63,675 nucleotides of DNA, filler included, from Chiloscyllium plagiosum (GCF_004010195.1; 5 parts of one record of this genome joined end to end with filler, not necessarily neighbours in it), one strand, 5' to 3'. Counted from the first letter of the whole stretch, positions 52,351 to 63,675 are shown. Numbers and translations are program-made. Notes: generated by a model not told the origin, from the letters alone.

Positions 52351-52901
52351 CTTTCTCAGTGACATAAGTGTATCGACAATTCAAAATCTCCAAGACCGTC
52401 AAACACCTTAAAATCTGACAAAGATCATATGAAATTGCATATCTCAGTGAGAAGCAACTTTGAACAGCAGAACATCCAAGTCAATCAAACTTTTTAAAAT
52501 CTGATGCACATTTTCCTACAGTTCTTATCTTAATAGAGTAAGCACCTAATAGTATCAAATCTCAATTTTCAAGAAACTTCTTTTAACTTGATGTAGATCA
52601 CATGAAAGTGCATATCTCAGTTAGAAAAGTAACATTGAACAGCAAAACATCCAATTCGATCAAACTTCTTAAAATGAATGGCACTCATACTAAAGTGATG
52701 ATCACATTGGCACATCAAAATCTCTAAGTCCATCAAAATTCTTAAAATCTCGTGTATGTCATGCTCAAGTACATATCTTAGTGGGTGAAGCAAATTTGAA
52801 CAGGAAAATACCCAATTCTATCATAAGCTTCATAATACCTGATATAAATCATACTAAAATGCATATCTCAATGGTTTAAGCAACTTTTAATAGGAAAACA
52901 T
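52351..52901. repeat. Diverged ~88-bp tandem repeat, left part
   Basis: Recurring GCATATCTCAGT..CAACTTTGAACAG..AACATCCAA..ATCAAACTT.TTAAAATCT units. Confidence 0.75.
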
Positions 52902-53846
52902 TGTTATGACACAGCAGTGAACTGTTAATTAAACCAAAAATCCAGAAAAGCTCATCTCACCTAGTAATCTGTTAAAATATGAGTGACAGAGAACTCCCAA
53001 ATTCCACTATTTAAAGAAAATATCATCAATTTATTTTTTAACTCTAAATGTGAACATTGGACAACAACTATTCACAACTCTAAACCCCCCTTTCTCATAA
53101 CTGTTTATCTGCCTCCAACCATGTAACAATATGCTGTTCCAATAAGACACTTATTAAAATTACATCAAATTACTTTCAAAACCACACAGTGGCTGTTGTC
53201 TTTAGTGTCTGTCTTCTTCTGGCTGAAGATGTCCCTGAGTTCTTTCTTTTTACTGCGAGTATGTTTCACATGAAAAGGTACCTTTGATAGAGAATGTTTC
53301 CTCATGTCTTGGGTCTCTCTTGATGGCAGTTGCTCTATTTCCAATTTTTAAATGCCTGCATTTTTTTATACCCAACATTGGATTGTCTCATTGGTTCAAT
53401 GTTGGCAAAACAATAAATTCAAATGCGATTGAGTTTTAGTATACTGGGGCATAATTGGTTATATTCGAAATGTTGTCAAAACAGCAACAAACTCAGCTAT
53501 CCATTTAACAGTCAAATATTACATATTTTCAATTTTCTAGTAGACTCTGGGACTGCCATCTAGTCATATCACAGGTGCTTGTAAGCTCTGAGTTCAGAAC
53601 AACATTCATTCTCTCTTAAGGTACAGTATATGCCTTCAACTTCATAACACTTCCCCCTTAGAAAAAAAATGAACCATCATAATGAAAAGATGGTTTTGTT
53701 TTTTTTCTAATTCTTAATTCCATTACAAAGAAATACATAGGTAATTAACGTAAGTTCATATTAATTTCTGCATGCATACACACACACATACACACACATA
53801 TATATACAACATTGGAATTTGTCTAATCTTATCTATACTTTTTCCT

Positions 53847-55399
53847 ACCAGCATACTACCAGCAGATAAAGGCAGAATGACGGTCATCCTAGATAAATCT
53901 GATTACATCCAAAAAGCACAATAACTACTTGCAGATATCAACACCTACCAAATGAAGGAATTTGACCCCACACCACAACTCACCAATAGGATAAATAACA
54001 CACTAAGGAATCTACAAAAAAACGGACAGATAACCAGAGCTGACCTACAAAGAATGAAACCGGAAAGCAACAACACCCCCAAATTCTATGGATTACCTAA
54101 AGTACACAAACCAGACATCCCACACAGACCCATAGTATCACTGCCAGGGACACCATCATACAAACTGGCCAAAGAACTACAACAGAAACTGAAACACCTG
54201 GTCAGCAGATCCAAACACTCTTGGACATCATCAGAAATATACACATAGACAAAGAAGAAACCAGGACGCTGAACCTATCAACAAAGACGGCATACTCAAA
54301 CTACTGGACTTGTGCCTCACAACACACTTCACATTCAACAACCAGATATACGAACAAATCAACGGAACACCCATGGGATCACCAATCGCGGGACTCATAG
54401 CAGAGGCAGTTATGCAAAGGTTAGAACAAACAGTCCTACCACAAATTCAACACAAACTCTGGGTCAGATATGTCGATGACACGTTTGTAATCATTAAAAA
54501 CACAGAAATAGAAAAAACACACCGGATCATCAACGCCACACACACAGGAATCCGATTCACGAGAGAACAAGAAAAGGATAGCCAACTCCCATTCCTAGAC
54601 GTGATGGTACAGAGAACACCAAACGGAGAATTCACNNNNNNNNNNNNNNNNNNNNNNNNNNNNNNNNNNNNNNNNNNNNNNNNNNNNNNNNNNNNNNNNN
54701 NNNNNNNNNNNNNNNNNNNNNNNNNNNNNNNNNNNNNNNNNNNNNNNNNNNNNNNNNNNNNNNNNNNNNNNNNNNNNNNNNNNNNNNNNNNNNNNNNNNN
54801 NNNNNNNNNNNNNNNNNNNNNNNNNNNNNNNNNNNNNNNNNNNNNNNNNNNNNNNNNNNNNNNNNNNNNNNNNNNNNNNNNNNNNNNNNNNNNNNNNNNN
54901 NNNNNNNNNNNNNNNNNNNNNNNNNNNNNNNNNNNNNNNNNNNNNNNNNNNNNNNNNNNNNNNNNNNNNNNNNNNAACACCGGAGGAAACATCAATGAAG
55001 CGCTTCGCAGGAGGCTCCCAAGCACTGATGCTGTCGCCTAGCCAGGGGACGAAACGTTTGCAACAAAAACTTCCAGCTCGGCGAACAGAACCACAACATA
55101 CCCCTTGTTTCATTAGAGTCAGTCTCGGTACCAGAAACTTGGCTGCTCATGCTACATTCCCCTGAGAGTTCATCCACAAACTCCATCAACAAACACATCG
55201 ACCTGGACCCAATATACCAACCACTACAGCGGACAGCTGAAACTGACAACCGGAAGCGGCAGGGACAGACCACTATAAACACCGGAGGAAACATCAAAGA
55301 AGTGCTTCGCAGGAGGCTCCCAAGCACTGATGATGTCGCCTAGCCAGGGGACGAAACGTTTGCAACAAAAACTTTCAGCTCAGCGAACAGAACCACAAC
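53847..55399 (+). mobile_element. PLE family A (RT, gap, tandem terminal repeats) nested in the Gypsy element
   Basis: PADKG, FYGLPKVHK, GTPMGSP, WVRYVDDTF, LPFLDV; 12-bp TSD ATACTTTTTCCT at 53835-53846 and 55400-55411. Confidence 0.9.
55324..55363 (+). ncRNA. Minimal hammerhead ribozyme motif (PLE family A), intact; partner at 55025 has CTGATGC
   Basis: gca-CTGATGA-T-GTCGCCT(AGCC)AGGGGAC-GAAA-CGTT-tgc. Confidence 0.8.
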
Positions 55400-55917
55400 A
55401 TACTTTTTCCTTTCAGTTCGCAATAATGCATCTGCTATCACATTTCTACGATCTGCAACATGTACAATTTGTGAATTAAAAGTCTGTAATGTAAGTCTCC
55501 AAAGAAATGGACTCATATTTTTGTCTTTATATCTTTCTAAGAATGCAAGAGGATTGTGGTCAGTGTACACAACCGTCTCTGACACATTGTTTGTCACAAA
55601 AACATTAAAATGTTGTAAGGCCAGTACCAACCTCAATACTTCTTTTTCAATAGTAGACTATTTTCTCTGGTGGGTGTTGAGTTTCTTTGAAAAGTAGGAA
55701 ATTGGCCATTCAATTCCATCATTATCCTCCTGTAGCAGTGCAGCTCCAACTCCTGTATCACTAGTATTGATTGCAACTTTGAAGGGTTTCAAAAAAGGTG
55801 GGGTAGCTAAAACTGGTGTGGTGGATAATACTGATATTAAATTCTCAAATGCCTTCTGGCATTGTTCTGTCCTCCAAAATTTTGTGTTCTTCTTTAGTAA
55901 ATTTTGTGTTCTTCTTT

Positions 55918-56203
55918 CGGGCGGCATGGTGCCTCACAGCATCAGGGTCCCAGGTTCAATTCCAGCCTCAGGCGACTGTCCATGTGGAGTTTGCACATTC
56001 TCCCATGGGTTTCCTCTGGGTGCTCCAGTTTCCCCCCACAATCCAAAGATGTGCAGGTCAGGTGAATGGGCCATGCTAAATTGCCCATAGGGTTAGTTGC
56101 ATTAGTCAGAGGGAAATGGGTCTGGGTGGGTTGCTCTTCGGAGGGTTGGTATGGACTGGTTGGGCCGAAGGGCCTGTTTCCACACTGTAAGTAATCTAAT
56201 CTA
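55918..56203 (+). mobile_element. HE1-type SINE
   Basis: HE1 body and tail; a minus-strand HE1 3' piece follows at ~56425-56587. Confidence 0.85.
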
Positions 56204-57577
56204 AAACTGTTAGAGGTGTCATCACACTGCTGAAGTTTGGAACAATCTTCAGGTAGAATTCGCTTAGTCCCAACAATAGAAGCACCTCTTTCTTTGAGGA
56301 TGGTCGTGGAAATTCCTCAATAGCCTTCATCTTGGCATTCCATGATGAATATTATGTCCCAAGAATGTCACCTCTGCCTTTGCAAATTCTGTTTTCATTA
56401 AGTTTATTGCTAGTTTTGAAATTGAATTAGAATCAGAATCCCTACAGTGTGGAAACAGGCCCTTCAGCCCAACAAGTCCATGTCGACCCTCCAAAGAGTA
56501 ACCCACCCAGACCTATTTCCCTACCCTATATTTACCCCTGACTAATACACCTAGCCTACACATCCCTGAAAACTATGGGCAATTTAGTATCGCAACCACT
56601 TCCTCTGCTCCTGTGTGGCTTTGAGAGGATTAAGTCTATAGGGGTATTGTTTTATCTGAACAGCATTCCCTACGTCCACCTCATGCACAATAGTATTACT
56701 CTTATTCCTGTGTATTTCCTTATAATGCTGCAACAAATCTTTCAGCTCAATTCTTTGCTCCTGAGACAGATAGTTCACTAACCTATCGCACTCAAGAATG
56801 TCCTCATTATTTAACATATTTTTAGGCACATCAAACTCCATGACATCTGGATTTGATTTATCACTCTGCAAGTCAGTAACTAATACCTGTTTCTCCAGTT
56901 CCCTGTATTATAGCAAGGATTCAACATACTCACGTGACATACCCGATATAGTTTTTCTCCATCTTTACCAGATAGTTCACCTGACTCAGCTTTTCTTAAT
57001 TTGATACGGACCACTAAACCTGACTTTGAAGGGATCTCCTACTACTGGTTACAATAATATACCATCCCCATGGGAAAATGTCCAAATTTTAGAAGTTTTA
57101 TCTGCCACCTGCTTTATTCTATGCTGTACTCTCTTCAGGTGCTGTTTAGCTAACTCATCTGCCCAATTTAATCTCTCCCTCACCCAGATACATAATCCAA
57201 CTGTGAGATCTCCAACTTCGGTCCTGTCAATTTTACATTAATTAATTTCAATGGCCCTCTCACTTTATGTCCAAATATTAATTCAGAGGGAGTAAACTGA
57301 GTCGATTCATTTGGAGCATCTCTAATGACAAACAATATGAATGGGATACCTTTATCCGAATCATTCGGGTCATCCTGGCAGTACACACTTAACATGGTCT
57401 TCAGGATCTGATGCCACCTTTCCAAAGTTCCCTGGGATTCAGGATGATAAGCAATTGATTTAAAGTGCTGTATGCCTAAGCTATCCATGATTTCCTTAAA
57501 CAGCCCAGAAGTAAAATTAGACCCTTGGTCTGACTGAATCTCTCTGGGTAGTCCATATTGCGTAAAGAAAGTTACTT

Positions 57578-57901
57578 TGTGGGCGGCACGGTGGCACAGT
57601 GGTTAGCACTGCTGCCTCACAGCACCTGAGACCCGGGTTCAATTCCCGCCTCAGTCGACTGACTGTGTGGAGTTTGCACGTTCTCCCCGTTTCTGCGTGG
57701 GTTTCCTCCGGGTGCTCCGGTTTCCTCCCACAGTCCAAAGATTTGCAGGTCAGGTGAATTGGCCATGCTAAATTGCCCGTAGTGTTCAGTAAGGGGTAAA
57801 TGTAGGGGAATGGGTGGGTTGTGCTTAGGCGGTTCGGTGTGGACTTGTTGGGCCGAAGGGCCTGTTTCCACGCTGTAATGTAATGTAATCTAATCTAATC
57901 T
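57578..57901 (+). mobile_element. HE1-type SINE, full length
   Basis: tRNA head, body, TAATC tail; further partial tails at ~58245-58365 and ~59665-59775. Confidence 0.9.
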
Positions 57902-60346
57902 AAACTCCTCCATTTGCTTTAATACTCCGTAATGGAGTTGCCTCTGGAAATCTGGTACACACATCCATAATGGTTAGCAAGTATTGGTTCCCACTTTTAG
58001 ATTTAGGGAGGGAACCTACACAACCAATCATAACCCACGTGTAAGGTTCTTTGAATGTGGGAATTGATGACAAATGTGTTGGTTTTATTACTGTCTGTAG
58101 CTTACTTACCATTTGGCACTGTTGACACGTGTGGCAAAATTAAATCATATCCTTGTGCAGTCCAGGCCAATAGAAGTGCTTTTATACCTTAGCCTGACTC
58201 TTCCATACACCTAGATGACCTCCTACTAGTAATTCATGTGCATTAGTCTGGAGAAATGTAAAGCAACAAGATACGGGAATGTGTCTGGGTGCATACCCTT
58301 TAGAGGGTCGGTGTGGAGTTGTTGTCCAGTTGGTCTATTTCCACACTGTAGGTATTCTGTGATTCTATTAAATTACCATGCTATCGTGTAACATGTCAGG
58401 AAGAGTGGAAATACATTGATCTCTTGCTATTAGAGACTGATTAGACCCTGTGTCTCCCAAAATTATAACTTATTTCCCTTCTCCCCCTTCCCTTGTCTTC
58501 CTGAGTAAACTTTACCCATAGAGGCAAAGTCTTTGTAGAGATCAGGCACTAACTCAATACCCAACCCCTGACTAGGCTATGCATTCTCCTGCAACTCCTT
58601 GGCCTTTCTTGGGGTTTCCTTTACTACTTTCACTAATCCCACCTGCTTAGCCCCTCTTACCACATGTCTTTTCACAATGCCTTTCTTCAACAACCAGCAC
58701 TGTGACTTTACGTATCCCAACTTACCACAATGGAAACATCTGAGGCATTTCATCTTCTTTTCACCCTCTTGGCCTTCTTTTTTCATATGTGGTAAACTAT
58801 TACCAGAGTGCTCTAATGTTTGTTTTTTAGTGAAGGATCTTCCCTTCTCCTAATTTGTACCCCTCACAGGATGAAATTCTTGCCAGAAGCTAAATTTTAC
58901 CTTATGCACCAGTGCATATTCATCTGCCATCTCTGCCACTCTGGAAGTGAGTTTTTGAACTCCTGCAACAGAATAATCTCTCTTCGAGCCTAATAGGTCT
59001 TATTCATTTTTAAGGCATGCACCCATCTATCAAAATTACTACGTTCACTTCTTTCAAACTCAACATAAGTCTGACCTGGTTCCTCCTTTATGTTTCTGAA
59101 CTGCTATCTATCTGCTTCTGGTACCATTCATAAGCACTCAAAACAGCCTGTTTGACATCTGTATCATCTCTTGACCCCTCATCTGACAGCGCTGCTAATG
59201 CCTCACTAGCTCTGCCTACCAGCTTAGTCTGAACTCATATTACCCACAAGTTCTCTGGCCACTCCACCTGCCTAGCCAATTTTTTAAATGAAATAAAGAA
59301 GGCTTCAACATTATTCTCATCAAAATGAGGCAATATTTTAACATATTTATATACATCACTTCCTTCTCTCTTCATTGCCATCATGTTAACTTCACTTTCC
59401 TGACCAATTCGCAACTTCTGAAGTTCAAATTCTCTTTCTCTTTCTATTTCTTTTTCTTCTCTCTCTTTCTCTCTCTTTGTCTTATTCTGTCTTTGCTCAG
59501 CTAGGAACCTTCTCTCTCATTCTTTTTCCAAACTCTCTCTTCCTCTCTTTCCTTTTCCTCTAACAATGCTCTTCTTTCCTTTTCTGTACCTTCTAACTCC
59601 ATTTGCCTCAATTGCAATTTTAATTTTTCTATCTCTACTGCACTTGTCTGTTTCTCTGATACACTTGTAGGGGAATGGGTCTGGGTGGGTTATACTTTGG
59701 CGGGTGGGTGTGGACTTGTTGGGCGGAAGGGCCTGTTTCCACACTGTAATCTAATCTAGAAATCTAATCTAAAAAATCTAATTTAAACCCAATTCTAATT
59801 TATTTGCTGATTCTAAAAGTATGTCCTTCCTCTGTCTTTCTAAATCTTCGAGGAAAATTTGGGAAGCATCTTCAAACCCAAGAACCTCTTTTGCAATCAT
59901 AAGAGACATTTCTCTCACTTCTAATTTAACTAATGACAAGTAACCGAAATTAAACAAACGTTTTTTTCACATAGCTTTATTTAAAGATCTAGGACACTAA
60001 TCGGCAAGTATTTAAATCTGTTGGGATCTTTTGTATCCCAAATGTGTTCAAATCTGTCCTAATCTCAGACCCAAGCCCCCAAACTATGACGTCACAGCGA
60101 TGAAACCCTCTTTTAATTAAACCAAACACCTAGAAAAGCTCACCTCACATCGTAATCTGTTAAAATATAAGTGAAAGAGAACTCCCAAATTCCACTACTT
60201 AAAAAAAGCATCAATTTATTTTTAATTCTAAAACTGAACATTAAACTACAACTATTCAAAACTCTAAGCCCCCCTTTCTCTTAACTGTTTATTATCTGCC
60301 TCGAACTGTATAAGAATATGCTGTTCCAATAAGATACTTACTAAAA

Positions 60347-60554
60347 TTAAAAATCACACAACACCAGGTTATAGTCCAACAGGTTTAATTGGAAGCACAC
60401 TAGCTTTCGGAGCGACGCTCCTTCATCAGGTGATGAAGGAGCGTCGCTCCGAAAGCTAGTGTGCTTCCAATTAAACCTGTTGGACTATAACCTGGTGTTG
60501 TGTGATTTTTAACTTTGTACACCCCAGTCCAACACCGGCATCTCCAAATCATGA
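60347..60554. mobile_element. Fold-back PLE-derived element (family C) with perfect 82-bp arms and a hammerhead motif
   Basis: Arms 60347-60428 and 60431-60512; minus cac-CTGATGA-A-GGAGC(GTC)GCTCC-GAAA-GCTA-gtg; 12-bp TSD TTACTAAAATTA at 60338-60349 and 60555-60566; empty site in the other LTR at ~53150. Confidence 0.9.
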
Positions 60555-60989
60555 TTACTAAAATTACATCAACTTAATTTCAAAACCACGTAATGACTGT
60601 CATGTTCAGTGTCTTTCTTCTTCCGGCTCAAGATCTCCCTGGGTCATCTTCTTGGATATCTCTCAACAGCAGTTGGTCTGCCTTCCAATTTTCAAAATGC
60701 CTGCGTTTTTTATATCCCCAACATTGGATCATCTCATTGGTTCAGTGTTGGCAAAACAATAAATTCTAAAACTGGGTTTTAGAATCCTGGGGGATAATTT
60801 GAACTGTTTGGTTAAATTCGAGTTGTTGTCAAAACAGCAACTAACCCAGTTATCCATTTCACAGCCAAATATTTTCAATTTTCCATTACCCTCTGAGACT
60901 GCCATCTCATCATATCACAGTGCTTGGAAGCGATCAGTTCAGATTCATTCTCTCTTAAAGGTATAGTATACACCTTCAACTTCATAACA

Positions 60990-61218
60990 ACATGCAATGA
61001 AACCAATCTTCTTAAAATCTAATCAGGATCATAGTGAAGTGTATATTTCAGTGAGGAAAGAAACTTTGAACAGAAAAATATTCAACTCAATCAAACTACT
61101 TAAAATCTAATGAGGATAATCAAAAGAGGTATATCTAAGGGTGATAAGCAACTTCGAGCAGCCAAACATCCAATTCATTCAAATTACTTAAAATCTAATG
61201 TCAAGCATACTAAAGTGC
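60990..61218. repeat. Diverged ~88-bp tandem repeat, right part
   Basis: Same units as 52351-52901, period 88 (61043 vs 61131). Confidence 0.75.
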
Positions 61219-61565
61219 TGATTTGGAGATGCCGGTGTTGGACTGGGGTGTACAAAGTTAAAAATCACACAACACCAGGTTATAGTCCAACAGGTTTAAT
61301 TGGAAGCACACTAGCTTTCGGAGCGACGCTCCTTCATCACCTGATTGTGGAGGGCTCAATCGTAACACAGAATTTATAGCAAAAATTTGCAGTGTGATGT
61401 AACTGAAATTATACATTGAAAAATTGATTGTCTGTTAAGCCTTTCATCTGTTAGAATACAGTGATAGTTTCACTTCTTTCATGTGTAAATCACAAAATCC
61501 TTTTTTTAAAGTTGCATTCTCAGGTTAGCTGGTAACAATGGTGATAGCTAGACAATATGTTGAAG
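61219..61565 (-). mobile_element. PLE family C terminal region
   Basis: Essentially identical to the reverse complement of 60431-60551, extended further. Confidence 0.8.
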
Positions 61566-61569
61566 GTAA

Positions 61570-61963
61570 AATCCACCCCCATTCCCCCCAACATCACACC
61601 CACTCCAGTTACAGGTTCCTTCCCCACTCCCAGCTCTACACCCACACCAGATCCCAGCTCCCAGCCCTGCCGAGTTTTCACCATCCCTCCAGACCTTCCC
61701 CTCACTGAGGACGAACGATCAGTCCTCAGCAAAGGACTCACCTTCATCCCCCTCCGTCCACGCATCAATGAATTTAATACACGCCGTGACATCGAACAAT
61801 TCTTCCGTCGCCTCCGCCTCCGAGCTTACTTTCACAATCAGGACTCCCGCCCACCTTCCGAGGACCCCTTCGCCCACCTCCAACACACTACATCCACCTG
61901 GACACCCCGCGCTGGCCTATTACCTGCCCTCGACCTCTTCATTTCCAACTGCCGCCGGGACAT
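61570..61963 (+). mobile_element. PLE family B ORF N-terminal region
   Basis: VFTIPPDLPLTEDERSVLSKGLTFIPLRPRINEFNTRRDIEQFFRRLRLRAYF, open until gap. Confidence 0.85.
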
Positions 61964-63341
61964 NNNNNNNNNNNNNNNNNNNNNNNNNNNNNNNNNNNNN
62001 NNNNNNNTTAATTAATTAANNNNNNNNNNNNNNNNNNNNNNNNNNNNNNNNNNNNNNNNNNNNCCAGCAGCTGATATTAAGGTGAGAAGAGTACTGCACC
62101 AGCCCATTCCCAAGCGGGATAGAAATCTGGTCTGTGTTTTTGGATCGTGTCACTAAGGTGCAACATGTAAAGATGGAATAAAAGGGCCGAGAGCCGAACC
62201 TTGATGGACTCCAAGGGTAATGATGTAGATGCAGCTCAGAGGAGACACCATTGCAAGGGATTCTCATGAACATGGACCTTGCCAGCCCTGGAAGCAGCAT
62301 TAATTTCAGGAAGGGCAGGGCAGCTTGCCCTGGTGTCTTGCTCAATCTTTTTCCCTCGACCAATGCCATGAGATGATCTGGTCATTATCACATGGTTGCT
62401 TGTGAGAGTTTGTGTGTTCAAACAATTTGCTACATTTCCTACAACCGTGACTACACGTTAAGTTGACTGCTGTGGTTGCATGGAGCTTTGGGACATCCGA
62501 AGGTCACGAAAGCTATATCTAAGTCATTTTTTTTTATCCTTCTAAATCTAGCTAGGCAGTAAGTGCCTGTTCCCAAATGACTTTCTTTCTTCTCGTCTTG
62601 TCCTCACTGTTGTCTCTTCAGCAGGGATAGTGATCATGTCGTACATGTCAACGACTCTGTGCCGTTCTGGGCTTTATGGTGATTGATGACCTTGCATGGT
62701 GTGCGCCAGCTCCATCAGACTTCACATCTTTAGAGCCCTCACAACCATTCCACCCGCACTGCCCAGCTCTCCAGTGAAGTGCTTGAGATAGTGCTTTAGC
62801 CACTGCATGACTGAACAGGCGCAAACAGCATCAAATTTCAACTCCTAGCATTTTTGCTATTTATTTTCTTGGAGGGATTACAGGAAAGAATTATTTCACA
62901 CTGACTTCTGCAGCCTATCATAGATCAAAGTTCACGGCTGCCAAATATACAACTTTCAAAACACGATCATGGTCGTTCATAAATCTCTGTTACTGGAGGA
63001 TTTGATGACAAAGTTTAAAGTGCTGTAAAGGACACCGCTGCGTGTCAAATTCTTGCAACTGTCATCAAATACCCTACCAACTGTCATGGGGGCAGACAAG
63101 AGCGGTCCCAGTTTCTGACTATCTCTCCCTCTTTTTCACTTCAACAGATGGGCCATTTGAAATAAACTCCATCATGTGTTTTCGAGTATGCTGCATCTTA
63201 CAGTGAGGAGGACATCTGCTCCAGGGCATCAGAGGACAAGGAGTGACAGGAGCAGCTTTGGGTGCTGCAGGAGATCAAGGAGAATAGACTCCATTATCCC
63301 ATTTTCCCCATTTCGTCAGGTAGAGGGTGATGCAAGGCCAA

Positions 63342-63675
63342 CGCGCGCACACACACACACACACACACTCACAAACACACACATTCACACATACATTCAC
63401 AAAACACACACACATGCACACACACACTCTCTCACACACACACACATACACTCACACACAAACACACACACAAACACACACCCACATACACTCACATACA
63501 CACACACTCACAAACACTCAGACACGCATACCTACACACTCACACACACACTCACACACACACTCACAAACACTCACACTCACAGATTCACACTCTCACA
63601 CTCTCACAATAACACACACACACTAACACTCACACTCACACACTCACACAATTACACACACCTCACTATACTCTC
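63342..63675. repeat. Compound (CA)n/(CACT) microsatellite
   Basis: Direct inspection. Confidence 0.95.

Larger units (their letters stand above)
52902..60989 (-). mobile_element. Complete Gmr1-type Gypsy LTR retrotransposon (decayed ORFs)
   Basis: LTRs 52902-53649 and ~60083-60989 (TGTTATG..CATAACA), TSD ACAT (52898-52901, 60990-60993), PBS TGGGGGCTTGGGTC (tRNA-Pro-like, 60081-60068), PPT at 53650-53659; order gag-CCHC-PR-INT-RT-RH. Confidence 0.9.

Noticed and set aside
60347..60512. Palindrome as a pre-miRNA or DNA-transposon MITE
   Set aside because: Arms match the retroelement terminus at 61219-61340, one arm extends asymmetrically, and the 12-bp TSD matches other PLE insertions
63327..63626. 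His/Thr-rich ORF
   Set aside because: Translation of a CA microsatellite

Overview
Vertebrate DNA, almost certainly cartilaginous fish (shark): HE1-type SINEs, HER1/CR1-type LINEs and shark-type Penelope-like elements (PLEs) dominate. The only host gene I can support is the first coding exon of B3GAT2 (GlcAT-S) on the minus strand (14417..13902); its later exons were not recognised in the window. The rest is heavily nested transposon sequence: many CR1 fragments, L1/Tx1 3' ends, a decayed canonical Gypsy element, and two Gmr1-type Gypsy elements (integrase before RT), one of them complete with LTRs, tRNA-Pro PBS, PPT and a 4-bp TSD inside a ~88-bp satellite. The most interesting signal is RNA-level: at least three PLE families (possibly five) each carry a minimal type I hammerhead ribozyme motif, and many copies are short fold-back elements whose inversion axis sits at the ribozyme core and which have 12-16 bp target-site duplications. 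Other notable points are a CR1 5' UTR built from 188-bp monomers each holding a 66-nt GT-AG mini-intron, and an 18-codon uORF overlapping the B3GAT2 start (ATGA). Four 100-bp gaps contain an artificial TTAATTAATTAA linker, so contiguity across them is not assured. All calls are by eye; repeat boundaries are approximate and family names come from motif recognition, not database searches.
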